Part shown: piece by piece, positions 11,694-23,539 of the stretch
How positions within the stretch are numbered: the first letter of the stretch is position 1
Layout: every line of letters begins with the position of its first letter
Source: Hyphochytrium catenoides
Taxonomy: Eukaryota > Protista > Hyphochytriomycota
Direction: 5' to 3'
Assembly (NCBI GenBank): GCA_900088475.1
Contig: FLMG01003878.1
Location: forward strand, 1-34,503
Length of the DNA stretch: 34,503 nt
Notes under the pieces: model-generated
Databases searched by the model: none
Seen by the model: only the letters and a program-made list of their open reading frames with translations
Told to the model about the DNA's origin: nothing
Program-made: the position numbers and the translations under genes

Positions 11694-13447
11694 CCCTTCC
11701 TGCCCCGCAACTGGTTTGTGCACGGCCTGTTGTTGTCTTTATCCCTTCACCAATTTTTAGTAGTACCCTATAAACAAGGACTTACGATTAACAAGGAGCT
11801 GGTAACTTATTGAATGACCTTGATTGAGCGTGGCGGCAATCATCATCAGAAGAATGCAGTCGAGTTTTATTTGTTCTATTCCTTCTTTCTTCTTTGGCGG
11901 GTTGGCAACAGAAGAGGAACACTAATAAAATGTCGCCTGCCTCCTCCGCATCATCATTTATTTTCTGCTTGACTTCTTTTCACCCTCCTACTATCCTCCC
12001 TTCTTGAAATACCTGTCTATGCTAACGTCTGTTGACCTCATTCCGGTACTGAAATGAAGTTATTAGTGCCCATGCTGCCGCTTCTTCATCTCACATGACA
12101 AAAACACTCACCGCAACGACGACGAGGGCCGATGACGACAGCAAGCAGAAGAGCCATAAGAGACCACGACGAAATGGATATCATCATTTACCTGTTGTTG
12201 AAGATACATCTATTTAGTAGTAAGGGCAGCAGCAGTTTTTGCCTCCGTTACTACCGATGTCGTCGGTCTGTCATCATCGCGTTAGCATTAGTAGGTTTAG
12301 ACCATCACGACAGAAAGGACAGGACCATAAAGACGACGCTTGTTGCTGCTCGTCTCTAGCACGTTGCGGCGGCTGCTGCATTGAGAAGAAATTCGCCTCT
12401 TCAGCGAAGTACGAACCCTCCGACCTTCACATCAACGTGAAAGTGCCTGGGCGAGGTAACGACAAAGTGTGGGTTAAATGACGGCTTCAATGATAGCGCT
12501 TCCAATTATTTATTTTTATAATACTAAGTTCGTAATACAATAGTAGACGGTCGTATGGCACTGTAGCATGTTTGGAGGCGACGATAGATGGATGCTATTC
12601 TGGAACTGTTTTTCCAGGTCTGGGTAAGGTCAACATAACCACTTTTTGTACTTTAGGTGGGACGTAGGAGGTGTTGGTGGTGACTGAAAGGGAGGCCTGA
12701 GATTGTTTTTCTCTTTGAGGGCTGGTTTGGTGAGTGTCAACCATCGCCAAGAAGAAGAAGGCAGGAGAAACAAGAGCGGGCTCGTTGCTGGATGGTGGAC
12801 TGCAACGAGGAAGCAAGTAATAAAGAACTTATCCATAAGAATACTTGGCGGCATGTGATGTGTCCGTCACGGATTCGCTGCAATCCAGAACCCTTCCCTA
12901 CGCAGCAGTCCATGCCGGCTATTATCAAGGTCGCTTGTCTGAGAAAGCGGAGAAGTTGAGGAAGTGAGGTCCTGTCAAGCTGCTGTGGGGCTACTGTTTG
13001 TTGTGCCGCTAGTCGGGGACGGAGTCTTTTGGTGGTGCTATTATGCCCTACTATGTCCTGGGACTGTGTGCACCAACTAAGTAATGTGATGTGTGATCGT
13101 GCCGCTCTGGAGACTTGTCGTCCTCCTGCCTCTTGGTCATTGGTCTCGGTTGGCTAAGCTCTGACTCTTCATACCAGAATCTCGTTTCGCGATTTCTGAA
13201 GAGAAGAATGCACTAAGGATTCCGAAGCCTACTCCTCTTCCAGTAGTTGGAACTTGCTCTAGCTTGCAGGATTGAGAGCGATTGATGATGATCTCGGCGG
13301 CACGCCCTCTTCTTCTTCTCCTCCTCCGTTTCCTATCGTTATTGCGGAAGATTTAACTATAGTTCTCTTCCTTTTTCGATAATGATGGTGGGGGAGAAGT
13401 TGTTGTTGAAGAGTCCAGGACTCTGTAGCTCTGATCTCGTCTTCAAT

Positions 13448-13540
13448 TTCTTCTTCTTCTCCTTCATCTTCTCCTTCTCCTACTTCTTCTCCTCCTCCTC
13501 GTCCTCCTTCTTCTTCTTCTTCTTTTACTCCTTCTTCTTA
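13448..13540. repeat. TTC/TCC (GAA/GGA) low-complexity tract
   Basis: Degenerate trinucleotide run that reads as poly-Glu/Gly on the - strand. Confidence 0.8.
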
Positions 13541-15881
13541 GTTGGTTATAGTAGTAGTATCTTTTATCCCTCTTTATCGATTGTAAGGAAGAAGAAATAT
13601 AGATCACTTTATAGCACAACAGAACGACACGGCGATAATAGCGATGGGCGGTCTATAAAATTTGGGGGGAGATTGATGATGTAGATGTGTGCTGTCCCTC
13701 CTCTATTCCTAACATAGTTACGATGATTGTGAAGCGAAAAGAGATATATAATCCATAGTTATATAGTTGGGAGGCAGTTCATTGTACTGGACGCCACAAA
13801 GAGAAGATGCACAAAGTAGGGTAGCAGTAACAGGTACATATTGTTCGCACTGCTGCATTGACGCAACACGAGGGCTAACCCCTCCTCCTTTATCATGATC
13901 CACCGCAGCAGCAGCGGGAGCAGCAGCGGCGGACAACAATAGAAACAACGCCTCCTAACCACTTCTATACCTAGGCATGCGGCAATCTGTTTTTCTTAAA
14001 CTGTTACGCCCAGGCAAACTCTGCAATGTTTGCTGTGCATCAGTGCCGACTTCTCCATCATAGTACCGCGACGCTTAGTAGAAGAAGAAGCAAAAAGCAT
14101 CATACATAAGAAAGACAATAATTCTGGGACGTTTAGTAGAACAACAAGCAACAAGCATCCTACGTAAGGAAGAGGGGAGGATCAAGTGCCAAAAGAGAGC
14201 TCCATTTGAGAGGGAACAAAGTAGTCATGTCGCAGAGGCAGGCCCCAAGGTAAGGACACCCATACATACATTGATGTTGTAGTTAGTCATTAGTTGCCCG
14301 GACCGCTTGATGAGGATTACCATTATTCTTCTTATGATGATAACACTCGCTCCTCCATAGGAGATGGAGCGGCTTCAAACTACTATGCGACAAGGGCAAA
14401 TGTTGTACGTCTATTGCACTCGATGTAGTGGCGTAGAAGCAATGTTTACAGTCGGAGTTATCAACCTCAACCTCTTCTTGGCGGATTGAAGAAAGGATGG
14501 CCTATTGTCGGTCGTGTGGATTCATGGAAAGGGCAAAAGACTGATTTAGCTTTGATGACGGGCCAGAGAAGGAGGAAACGTTCGGGAAAGGATAGTCAAG
14601 ATCACGTCCCTTCTACCTAGAGTGTGATGATCGAGCAAATAATAAAAGATGAGAGGGGCTCCATAAATGCCTGCTAGGGCGAAACAACGCCCTTTTGCGA
14701 TTTGCCCGTCAGAGGACTATTGCAAAGAGAGGCGTATATTCCCAAATGGCAGGGAGATGATGGTTAAGGGCGACGCTGTCCAATTACAATGGTAAATAGG
14801 TTACCTTACAGTGAAATCAATGGACTCAAGCCCTTCTTCTCCTTGGAGTTATTCCTATGGGTAAGATAGAGCTGGAGCAAATGGAGTTATTTCTGCTGCT
14901 TGAACACATCATTCTCCACACTGCTGCCTACCTTGCCTCTTCGTGATTGAGGCAATGCTAACTAGGATTGGTGACAATTAACAGCAGCAACACAGGTTCC
15001 ACCAGACTAATAAGGTATTCCTCCGTCGTGCAGTAGTAGCTGACAAGAACGAGGGGCACAACAAGCGTTCTTCATTGGTCAGTTTTATCCAACTAGGCTT
15101 GTTTTCCCCCTTTTGTTCTCCTTTTCGTCTGTTTGCCAGGGCTGCATCGGCACTCGCTGTTCTCGTTCTTTTGTCACAGGAGGTGGTGCTGGATTGGAAC
15201 AATGGACTCTAACGACAATTTACTGAATTTGCCATTCACCAGGTTACATCCTTTTCGTTAGGTCATATACAGCAAGACATAATACTAGTAGGAAGCCCTC
15301 AAGGCAGAGGACCACGCTGTGCAGATCGACTCGGTGGTTGGGTCCACAGGTCGCAACACTCATTTTTGCACCAACATCTGTTTCTCGATAGATTTATATT
15401 GCCAATGAGGAATGGTCTTATAGTACTCTTTGGTGTCAACGACCGGATGTACTTAGCGAAGCAGGATAACCACCAGCAGAAGAGAGGAGCAGGTATGAGG
15501 AGGACGGGAACAAGGAGCAAGAATTGGAAGACGGAGATGGCTGAAGGTGGTGCAGAAAGGAACGGGGGAGTCATGATAACAGATGAAGGGCGTTTGTAGC
15601 CAAGAAGATAACGGTGATGACGACCATTCTTCTTACTTGTATTTATAACTACTCCTAATACTAAAAAGATAAAGCTGACTTTGACAGGACGACAGAACAA
15701 GAGCTGGAGTACCAGAACGAAGCTACGCCCTCTTCATGATTCTTGAGTGATGACGGCACAACAGTAATAAATCTGATAGTTCGCTCCTCTGTCTGTTGCG
15801 CTCTGTCTGTTGCGTGAAGGGTGCGTGCATGTGATGACCACGAGTCTTATTTCTATCTTATTCCTTTTTCCGTCCTTGCAG

Positions 15882-16377
15882 GGGGGTTTATTAGTATATA
15901 TAAATTCCACGTACCTTCTTGGACCATTCAACAGTGTGACCAAAAACTGCAAAGCTGGAACTTCATCTCTCACAACACAAGCCAAATAGCTTCCTATATG
16001 AGACCAATGCTCAAGTCTGCTTGCCATTGTCGCTTTCTGATATAGAACTCGGAGAGTGGTTAGAAAACCTACAAGAAGTCACATCCTATACTGCTAAGAA
16101 AGAACTCGTCATACACAACAGCCCGTTATAAGATTTATCCTCTCTATTCATTGTCGTAACTGCATACCTGCTTGGGGCTGCTTGTACATACTGCACTATA
16201 CCTTCCCTTTGTTGAATGAATGGGTTGATTGTGGCATCAATTTGGTTCATTTCTTGGCAACGAATTTTTGGTATGAGAGAAAAATTAGCAGGAGGAGCTG
16301 TCAAGGAACACCTTGTGAGAGAGATTCGAATAATATTATTGCTATTTGAAGAACAAAGACGAGTACGTCCAGAGGAG
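15882..16377 (+). pseudogene. Possible decayed exon of a membrane protein gene
   Basis: Strong acceptor (TTCCTTTTTCCGTCCTTGCAG) and donor (GAG|GTAAGA) enclose a frame with stops and hydrophobic segments (LSSLFIVVTAYLLGAACTY; GLIVASIWFISW). Confidence 0.3.
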
Positions 16378-18288
16378 GTAAGACAGGCAAGAGCCAACCA
16401 CAGAAAAGAATGGGGATGATGAAGGGTAGACAACAAATGGGAAGAAGAGCAAGAAGTGGCACTTTGTCCACGAATCAGAAGAACAAAGACTCAATGGGAG
16501 ACGAATTTTTGCCAACCTGACAAGAGAGAAAAAGATGAGTTATGAATCTGTCATCCTCCATTGAGCCCTTCCTTCTACCGTCGGTGTTATTTCGTCAAGC
16601 TTGATGAGGACGAACGACCTAGGGGGTGCAAGGGACTAAGACGGTTAGTTGCACTGCACTACTTATTAACCTCTTTGAAACAGTCACCAGTCATTCGGTA
16701 GGAGACCCTTCGTCGTCTCTCTTATTGATGGTGAGGCAAAGCAGTGGTGCAAGCTGCAAGCCAAGAAGGAAAGCTCTGAAAACTTGTGGGGAACAAGATC
16801 AAGCAGGATAGGAGGTAGGAAGGGCTTAGACAGGTAGGGTGGTAGGACTGTGATAGGACTATACTGTCCCCGAGGAGAAGCTGGGAACCAAAGTAAGTAC
16901 AGCAGGTGGGACGAGGAATGAACTGAGTGTGACTCGTCCTCTTGTCGGTGTAAAGGCTTTAGACTGTTTCGGAGATTTGGGGGGAAAAGTTAGGGAACTC
17001 GTGGAAACCCATTCCCTTCTTCATTCAACAGACTGGCCCAGAAGCAGTGAGAAAAAAAGGACACTAAAAAAGCGCAGGGACTCGTCCACAACTATTTGGA
17101 CCGACCTAAGAAGCCTTGTCGCGGGCTTGATCCGCTTGGTTTTGGATACCAGGCTTTGAACTCACACTGCTTTTTGGTGTTATGAAGGGGAGTAGTAGGG
17201 TACCTTTTGCCACTGAGGCGTGCCGCCAAAGCGGGAAGTTTTTCCCAGCAGCCTTATAATAACCTGTTCATAGAGTTTGCCGGGGCGTAATCTGGCCCTA
17301 CAATTCTCCTTTCCTTCCCTCTTTGGCCTCCTTCCTGGCCACATCATTGATCAAGAACACTCAGTTCTCTCCTGTGGTGAGATATTTACTACTGGATGGC
17401 GCTTTTTACATGCTAGGGATGCTTGAAGATACTAAGGCAACGTAAGGGACTTCTTTTAACGAAGATGATTCCTTCCCGGACCAAGAAGAGAGAAGGGAGG
17501 AGTGTGAAGGCTGCTGCTCTTCTTTCACTGGTCAGGCCTTTCGTATCGTCTGCGCATTCTCTGCGCTTCTTCTGAAGCTCCACCGCCACGCTCCTTTGTT
17601 GTTCTGTTCTCCTTCCGTTGCACTACACCCCTTCTGCTCCTCTCTTCTTGAGTCTCTTTGATCTCTGCATCCTGGTTCGGGGTTCAAAAGCCTACTAGGA
17701 ATACGAGCTTCTTTAGGTAGCTGGACACAGGGCCGCACGATCATCTTCCTTCCTTTTTGTTCTTCTCTTCTGCCCTACTAGTAGCCAAGTCAGTTGGAAG
17801 ATCTCTAGTGGCTCCTCCGTCTATCCTCGCCCGCTTCTAGATCAGGCTTTCGGCGTTATTGTTGAGCTATCAGACACCCCTTCGGATGTTGTCGAGGAGT
17901 CGTGCACTCCTTCTTGCCATTTGATTCCTACGTCGGCAATCCCTCATAAGAAAGATCGAGACAAGTGAGCGATTAGTAAAGCGGCCTGGCTTAAGGCATG
18001 CTTTTGCCTAAGGCCACCGACGGCCAGAGAGCCCGAGACACCAGAACTAGAGCAAAAGGAGGGCACACAGGGCACGGGTTGCCGGGCAGCACTTACAGGC
18101 TGCTGGATGGCAAGGCTCATGATGAGACTGACAGGAACTCTAGCTATAGGACCAAGTAATGAGCGTACCTGAGAAAAGGCCGTGTAGGAGGGTTCCAGGA
18201 CGAAAGGCGGCGCGATCCGAAATAGACTTCGTGCTTGGCCCTTCCAGTTCCTACTTTCTCACTCCCTTGGTTCGGTTGATTCACCTGA

Positions 18289-20531
18289 ATGGCGCGGAAC
18301 GATGATCTATGTGCAGTTCAGGGTTGCCCAAGATATGCGAAAGTATATGGATTATGTTTAGCTCATGCCTCAAACAGAGAACAAGGAGCACAAATGCCTG
18401 CATACGCTGGCATAAGAGCAGGAGGAAGAAGGGCATACACCCCAACCGCCTCTTCCCGCGGCCAACAACCTCCCGCTCTAGCCTCTTACCCATATCTTAG
18501 CAGTATAGGAGAAGAGGGGTCTCAGAAGGCGCAGCAGGCAGCAAGGGTAGGGGCCAGATCTAGGACACAGAGCTATCCCCTCAGAGCGAGATTAACGGCA
18601 GAAGTAGGAAGCAGAGCAGGCGAAGAACTTGAAGAAACCGTATTCACAGAGCAAGAAGTTCCTTCTGCTGCCGTAGCTTATGACATCCTTTCAGGGTCTA
18701 TTCTTAATCCTCCTCTTTCTCTTGAAGCGAGAGGACATAGCTGCCATGAGCCATCGTCAAGTAGAGAAACCTCTCTTTCTGCATGGTTTTGTCCTGATAG
18801 AGAGGGAGACACCATAGTGCAGGAGGAGAGACCGACACGGGTTAGAGGTCCACAACTACCTATAAGTACTACCCATAGGCCGCATTTACAAGAAGCTGGA
18901 TTCTCTCTTCCCACCCCATCTCCACAGTTCTCCCATAGAGGGCCAACCCACGCCCAGATGACTGTGTTGATTGGAGAGCAGCAAGGGAGTAGAACCGAAG
19001 CGGCGATAGGACAGGTTGAGAGGAGAGAGATGGTCACCACAGGGAAGTATAGGAGAGGTTCCTACGAATGGCAGGAGGAGGAGAAAGAAAGAGGTCGGGG
19101 AGAGGAGCGCTTACTACGGACTCGTCCTCCTCTCCACTCACCAGCCTCTTTGACAGAGAAAGCCGAGGGAAAGATGGCGTTCCCCTCCGGTGTAGGGGCC
19201 AGACGAAGCAGTACAAGTTCGCAGGAAGCACCAAAGGCAATCCACCGGCAAAGCGTCCCTTCTGAGGAGCCATCAGCGAGTCTTCCTGCAGCACAAAAAG
19301 GAGGAAAGCAGACACAGGAGGAGAGGACCTTAAAGTTGCACGGGCCCTTCTCCGAAGTTGGAGGCTCCGAGCTACGGATTGGGCTGCAGTCAGACACTGG
19401 AGGAGGATCAGGAGGGCAGTCGGGCCCGTCAGCTGCACGGAAGAGCTCGCCTGTTGCGGCCCCACCCTATGATAGGCACGGAAGAGAAAGGAAGCCAACC
19501 AAATGGGGAAGGAAGCCCAAGTGCTCCGTAGAAGATTGTCCAAACGTTTCTAAGACAAGGTTGTCACCACCATTGTCCTATCTTTCCCTATCTTCCTCTA
19601 CTACTTGACCGGCTGTACTACCTTGGCTAGTGGCCCTTTATTACCCCCACTTCATTAGGTTTCCCCGTTTCATCATAGTAGGCCTTACTGTCTCTAAAAG
19701 GCCCCTGTTGTCCTTCTGCTTATGTCATTGGCACTGACTATCTGCTCCCCCTGTCTTCCTCTTGTTGTTGCACCTAGGGGACTATGCAAGAGACATGGAG
19801 GCGGTGAGAGATGTGGTCATGCTGGGTGTAACAACTCTGCCAAGACCGGAGGACTATGCATCCGACATGGTGGAGGGCAGTGCAGAGTAGAGAACTGCAC
19901 GACCGGTGCAAGGCTCGGAGGTTATTGTACGCTACATGCTCGAATGATGCTTCGCAGGGTCTCGGAGCCACCTTTGCCAGAGCTGTTGTCCCCTTATACA
20001 ATGGGCTTCATGCCGATAAGCCCTATGATGGGTGAGGAGATGCAGGGTGAACACGTCCAGATGAGGAGCAGAAGACTTTCAGCGCCTCCTTTGCCATTAT
20101 TTCCTCCATCTCCAGTGACAGAGTCTAGCAATACAGAAGCCTGGCAGAGCCGCCAGCCATATATCATTGAGCGGAGGCTTTCGGCACCACCTCTACCTTC
20201 GTTTATCTCTGCGCCTCCGAGCTTACCTTCGAAGGAAAACTTAGAGGAGAAGCAGGAGAACGAGCCCGATGTAGCAAGAAGTAGGAGGAGGCCTTCCTTG
20301 CCACCACAGTCTCATACAATTTTCACGACTCAACCTGCTATGGAACGATTTTCGACGGCCGTCGAAGAAGAGAAGGAGCAGAGCACTAGTGGTCCGTCCC
20401 AATTCATAAAAAGGAGACTGTCAGCACCCCCATTACCGGTCTTCGGCCCTTTTGCTTCTGGAGGGTCAAGTTCGGGCTTGCTGGCAGAAGAGAAGAGGGA
20501 TGACGATGATGATGAAGGTGCTAGCACTTAG
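18289..20531 (+). CDS. WRKY19-like C3H zinc-finger putative transcription regulator, paralogue 1 (674 aa; exons 18289-19559 and 19778-20531)
   Basis: There is one N-terminal finger, CAVQGCPRYAKVYGLCLAH. A phase-2 GT-AG intron (19560-19777) restores KCSVEDCPNVSKTR|GLCKRHGGG-ERCGHAGCNNSAKTGGLCIRHGGG-QCRVENCTTGARLGGYCTLH. All four fingers are C-x4-C-x9-C-x2-H. Spliced length is 2025 nt = 675 codons. Confidence 0.9.
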
Positions 20532-20867
20532 TAAACCTTCTCAATCTGCTGGGCAGTATGGGTGGGAGCGTCCATTAGAGTCTGACAACAAGGGATTGGA
20601 GAAGGGTCGGGCTGGTCGAGGCAGATTGATGGGGCTTACATAGATCTTTATAGAGTGCTCTATTCAAGTTTCCTCCAATAATGATGGGAGCCACAAGAAC
20701 CATAGACAAGATATCTAGTTGTCTGAAGTGCTCCACGTTCTTATCTTACAAAAAAAGAGAAAGTTAGTCATGGATGACCGATAATAGAGAGATGATAGAG
20801 GAAGGTTGAGATTAGTGGTTTACCATATAAGAGGCGGTCTAGCATGCAAGCTCGAAGAGCTAGTTCT

Positions 20868-21384
20868 GCTGGTGTAAGCGTGTCCCCGAGCTCAAGAGCC
20901 TTAAAAACGGACTAGAAGAGGTGCGTTCAGCTACTGAGGTTAAAGGAAGGACTGGAGTGTTAAGAGGAGACCCTAGACGGAATAACCAGAAGGTTGGCTG
21001 ATGGACCAACGAGAGTATGGACAAAGACCTATTCATTGGCATCAAAGGAAAGTATTTATCACCAGGAGAACAAAGATTTGCGCGCTAGTTTGAGAGACCA
21101 GGACATCACTTTCGTCCATCGCGGCATTGTCCTTTGAATGAGGGCACTAGTTAGAAAATGACAAGATTTCGATTGCTGCACAGAGTGATCTATTAAGGTT
21201 GAGGTGAAGACAATTGTTCCCCCACTCTTTGTTCCGGAACGAGGATCCATGGCAGCCGTCTACCTGATCTGCCGAACTGGCTTAGAGAAGGTGAATCGAT
21301 CATGGTTGGCCTTGTCATCGTGTCAACTTTAATGCGCCTTCAAATCTCTCATGTCGCATATGGTTCCGGATTCTTCTCTTCCAG
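20868..21384 (+). mobile_element. Decayed CryptonF-like (NDC10_II-type) tyrosine recombinase, C-terminal catalytic region
   Basis: Reading across frameshifts gives AGVS...VRSATEVKG...I(T)RRL/G*WTNESMDK/TY/IGI...FERPGHH/FVHRGIV...ALVRK...AFKSLM/WFRILLFQ. This follows the recalled NDC10_II motif order (AELxG...IRRxGRWxxxxMxxxYL...AGF...R...LRxxLLQD). TGA at 20999 is one transition from CGA (Arg), and the candidate catalytic Tyr is at 21030-21032. Confidence 0.55.
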
Positions 21385-21936
21385 CCGCGCTGAGTGGACC
21401 GTATATAACCGTTCTTCCGCCAGGCTATGCTGTCCCTTGCTTCTTGTATCGACTCGCACGGAGGACAACTCGTAGACGAGACAATCAAAACAGAGCAAGC
21501 GTCTCTTGATGGACAGCTTTCTTGAACTAAGGAGGAACAGTCAAGTGATGATGACTCTGTTGCACGTGGGGAAGCGAGACAACATAGAGTCATTGTTCGT
21601 TTAAGAGGATATTATTTATACGCTGAAGAGCTGCTTGCCTGCGAATGTCTGTCTTACCATTGCTCTTTTTTTGATGCTCCAAATCAGGTCGTGAAAAGAA
21701 AAGGGCACTAATAAGCCAAGCGATTCCAATGATGGTCGAGCCGATGAATGGCAGTGTGGTGCTACAAAGCTTCTTTTTGGGCGGCATGTTCGTTATTATT
21801 GATATGAAAAGGGAGGACAGGGCATTCTTCTCCAGCCCTAGGCACTTTTTACGACTCAACTTCAGCAGCTGGGCTGGAACTACTTTTTCGGCTGGTAAAA
21901 TAATTCCTAGAAGGAGTTTACAGGATTACAGTACCG

Positions 21937-22018
21937 TATGGTATAAGAAGAATCTGATTGGTCACATTGTGTAGGGCTCGTCTGATTGGTCACATTGGCC
22001 AATAGGATGCATACCATA
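21937..22018. repeat. Terminus-like structure: TATGGTAT...ATACCATA inverted repeat enclosing two 17-bp CCAAT-box direct repeats
   Basis: TATGGTAT at 21937-21944 and its reverse complement at 22011-22018. TCTGATTGGTCACATTG at 21953-21969 and 21981-21997. Palindrome ATTGGCCAAT at 21994-22003. Confidence 0.8.
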
Positions 22019-22575
22019 AGGCCGTGATAATACTCTACAAGAGTAGAAGCTTCCGCATCATTCAAGCCATAAGCCATCACCATCACAGAGCATCATCAAA
22101 GTCACCATCCATCATCATCAAAACATCCCCTTACCGCCTGTTGTTTTGCCTGCTGTCCTTTGCGTATTTGAGAAGATCGATCTACCACTGTCTTTTATAA
22201 AAACATTTGGCCTATTGATACTCTTCATAGCAACACTTCGCAGTTTCCTGCAGTGCTACGTGATGGTCACCATCTATGATGACCGTACTAAGTCATTACA
22301 GGGACAAAGGAAGAAGAACGACAAAGCAATTTTTAAAACTAGCCGAGAAGGACCGAGCTATCCCACTCCTTTACTGAGTCCCGGCAGAAGAGTATATGGA
22401 TTATCGACAAACACTACTACTCGCCACTAGATAGATACTAATGGATGACGTGCGCACTCACTAAATCTCCTTCTTCCTCTTTAGGGTAGCAACCGTCACC
22501 TCCACGCTAGCTGGCTAACTTTTCGGTCGCTTACGGTTCTTTCCAGAGGGACATCGACAACTAACTTGCACGCTT

Positions 22576-22608
22576 CAAATATTGAGATTGCCAAATATTG
22601 AGATTGCC
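22576..22608. repeat. 16-bp perfect tandem duplication
   Basis: CAAATATTGAGATTGC x2. Confidence 0.9.
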
Positions 22609-22863
22609 TCAGTCCAGCTCAGTTTACTTTTCCACAAATCAAGCTCCTTTGCCTTATCCTCCAGAAGTCCCATCAAGAGTTTATAATCACTTAAACACTT
22701 CTTATTTAGAGTTCCTCGACTCCAGTTTAATGGGGTCTAGATTTGTTAAACGGTGGGAGTCGAGGGCCAATCTCTTAATCTCGACAACACCAAAGCTGCC
22801 AAGGTTGAGAGACGCTGCTGCCACTAGGCAGTTGAAAGCGCTGATGAGGAACAGAGTGAAACC

Positions 22864-23539
22864 ATCCTTTCCACCAGTAGTATACCACTGCGTCGCCTCC
22901 TATGATCCCATCTGCTATGGTTGTTCCTGCTTCGCCACCTGCCTCTCCGCCCCCTTAGCACTCGTCACAATTGGAATCCTGCTGATGCAGCTCTCGTTCC
23001 AGAGTCCTGAACATCGTCTGGCTAACAAAGTCGTCACGGCGGTAGAGGTTGAAGAGTGCGGCCCTATGACGGCAGTGGAAGTAGTGGAGTAGTAGCCACC
23101 AGGTCTACTGCCATCCCTTTTTTTTCAAGGATCCAATCCAAGTCATGAAGTCTGCAGTCAAGTCATCAAACTTGATAGGAGAGATCTGTGTCGACCATAG
23201 CGTGTGATGAAGAATCGCCGTGGCTGTTGAAGAATCCTCTAGTAGAGCTGTGTTGACAGCTGTTCGTTGCTGCTGTCGTCCCAGACGTCCTCTTCTCCTC
23301 CCTTTCTACCCCGTCCCCTAGATGAGCTCCTCCACTTCATCTCTTTTTTGTGGCTGCTGGTCCACCTATTATCGGCCTCATTAAGGAAAGCATTGCTCAG
23401 TAGATGCCTCTTGTTTGCAAACAGCCATTGAAGAAGAAGGAATCTCAGGATGGAGCTAGTAGTAGGAGTTCCGTGATCTACAGGCCACTGTGTTGGCCCT
23501 GATTGAAGTTACCTCAACCTCTAAAGCTGATAGGTCCAT
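22864..23539 (-). mobile_element. Decayed CryptonS-like tyrosine-recombinase gene, N-terminal (core-binding) part only
   Basis: From the ATG at 23539: MDLSALEVEVTSIRANTVACRSRNSY/TSSILRFLLLQWLFANKRHLLSNAF...PIKFDDLTADFMTWIGSLKKK/DGSRPGGYYS/HRAALFNLYRRDDFVSQTMFRTLERELH/AKGAERQVAK...TTGGKD. Motif order matches my recollection of oomycete-type Crypton recombinases (IRxNTVA..RFIxWL..FxTWLxxLKxKDG..HRAALFNLFRD..FKGLK..TGKDP). It is truncated before the catalytic domain. Confidence 0.75.

Noticed and set aside
12100-13960. Multi-exon gene on either strand
   Set aside because: Splice-like sites exist, but I could not build a consistent open model or recognise a domain.
16080-16170. CRESS-virus Rep helicase Walker-B-like AVVYDEFF on the - strand
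   Set aside because: No Walker A or motif C in register. The + strand has better splice and coding signals.
22598-23092. 164-aa + strand ORF as a gene
   Set aside because: Its 3' half is the antisense shadow of the Crypton remnant, it has a non-ATG start, and no domain is recognisable.
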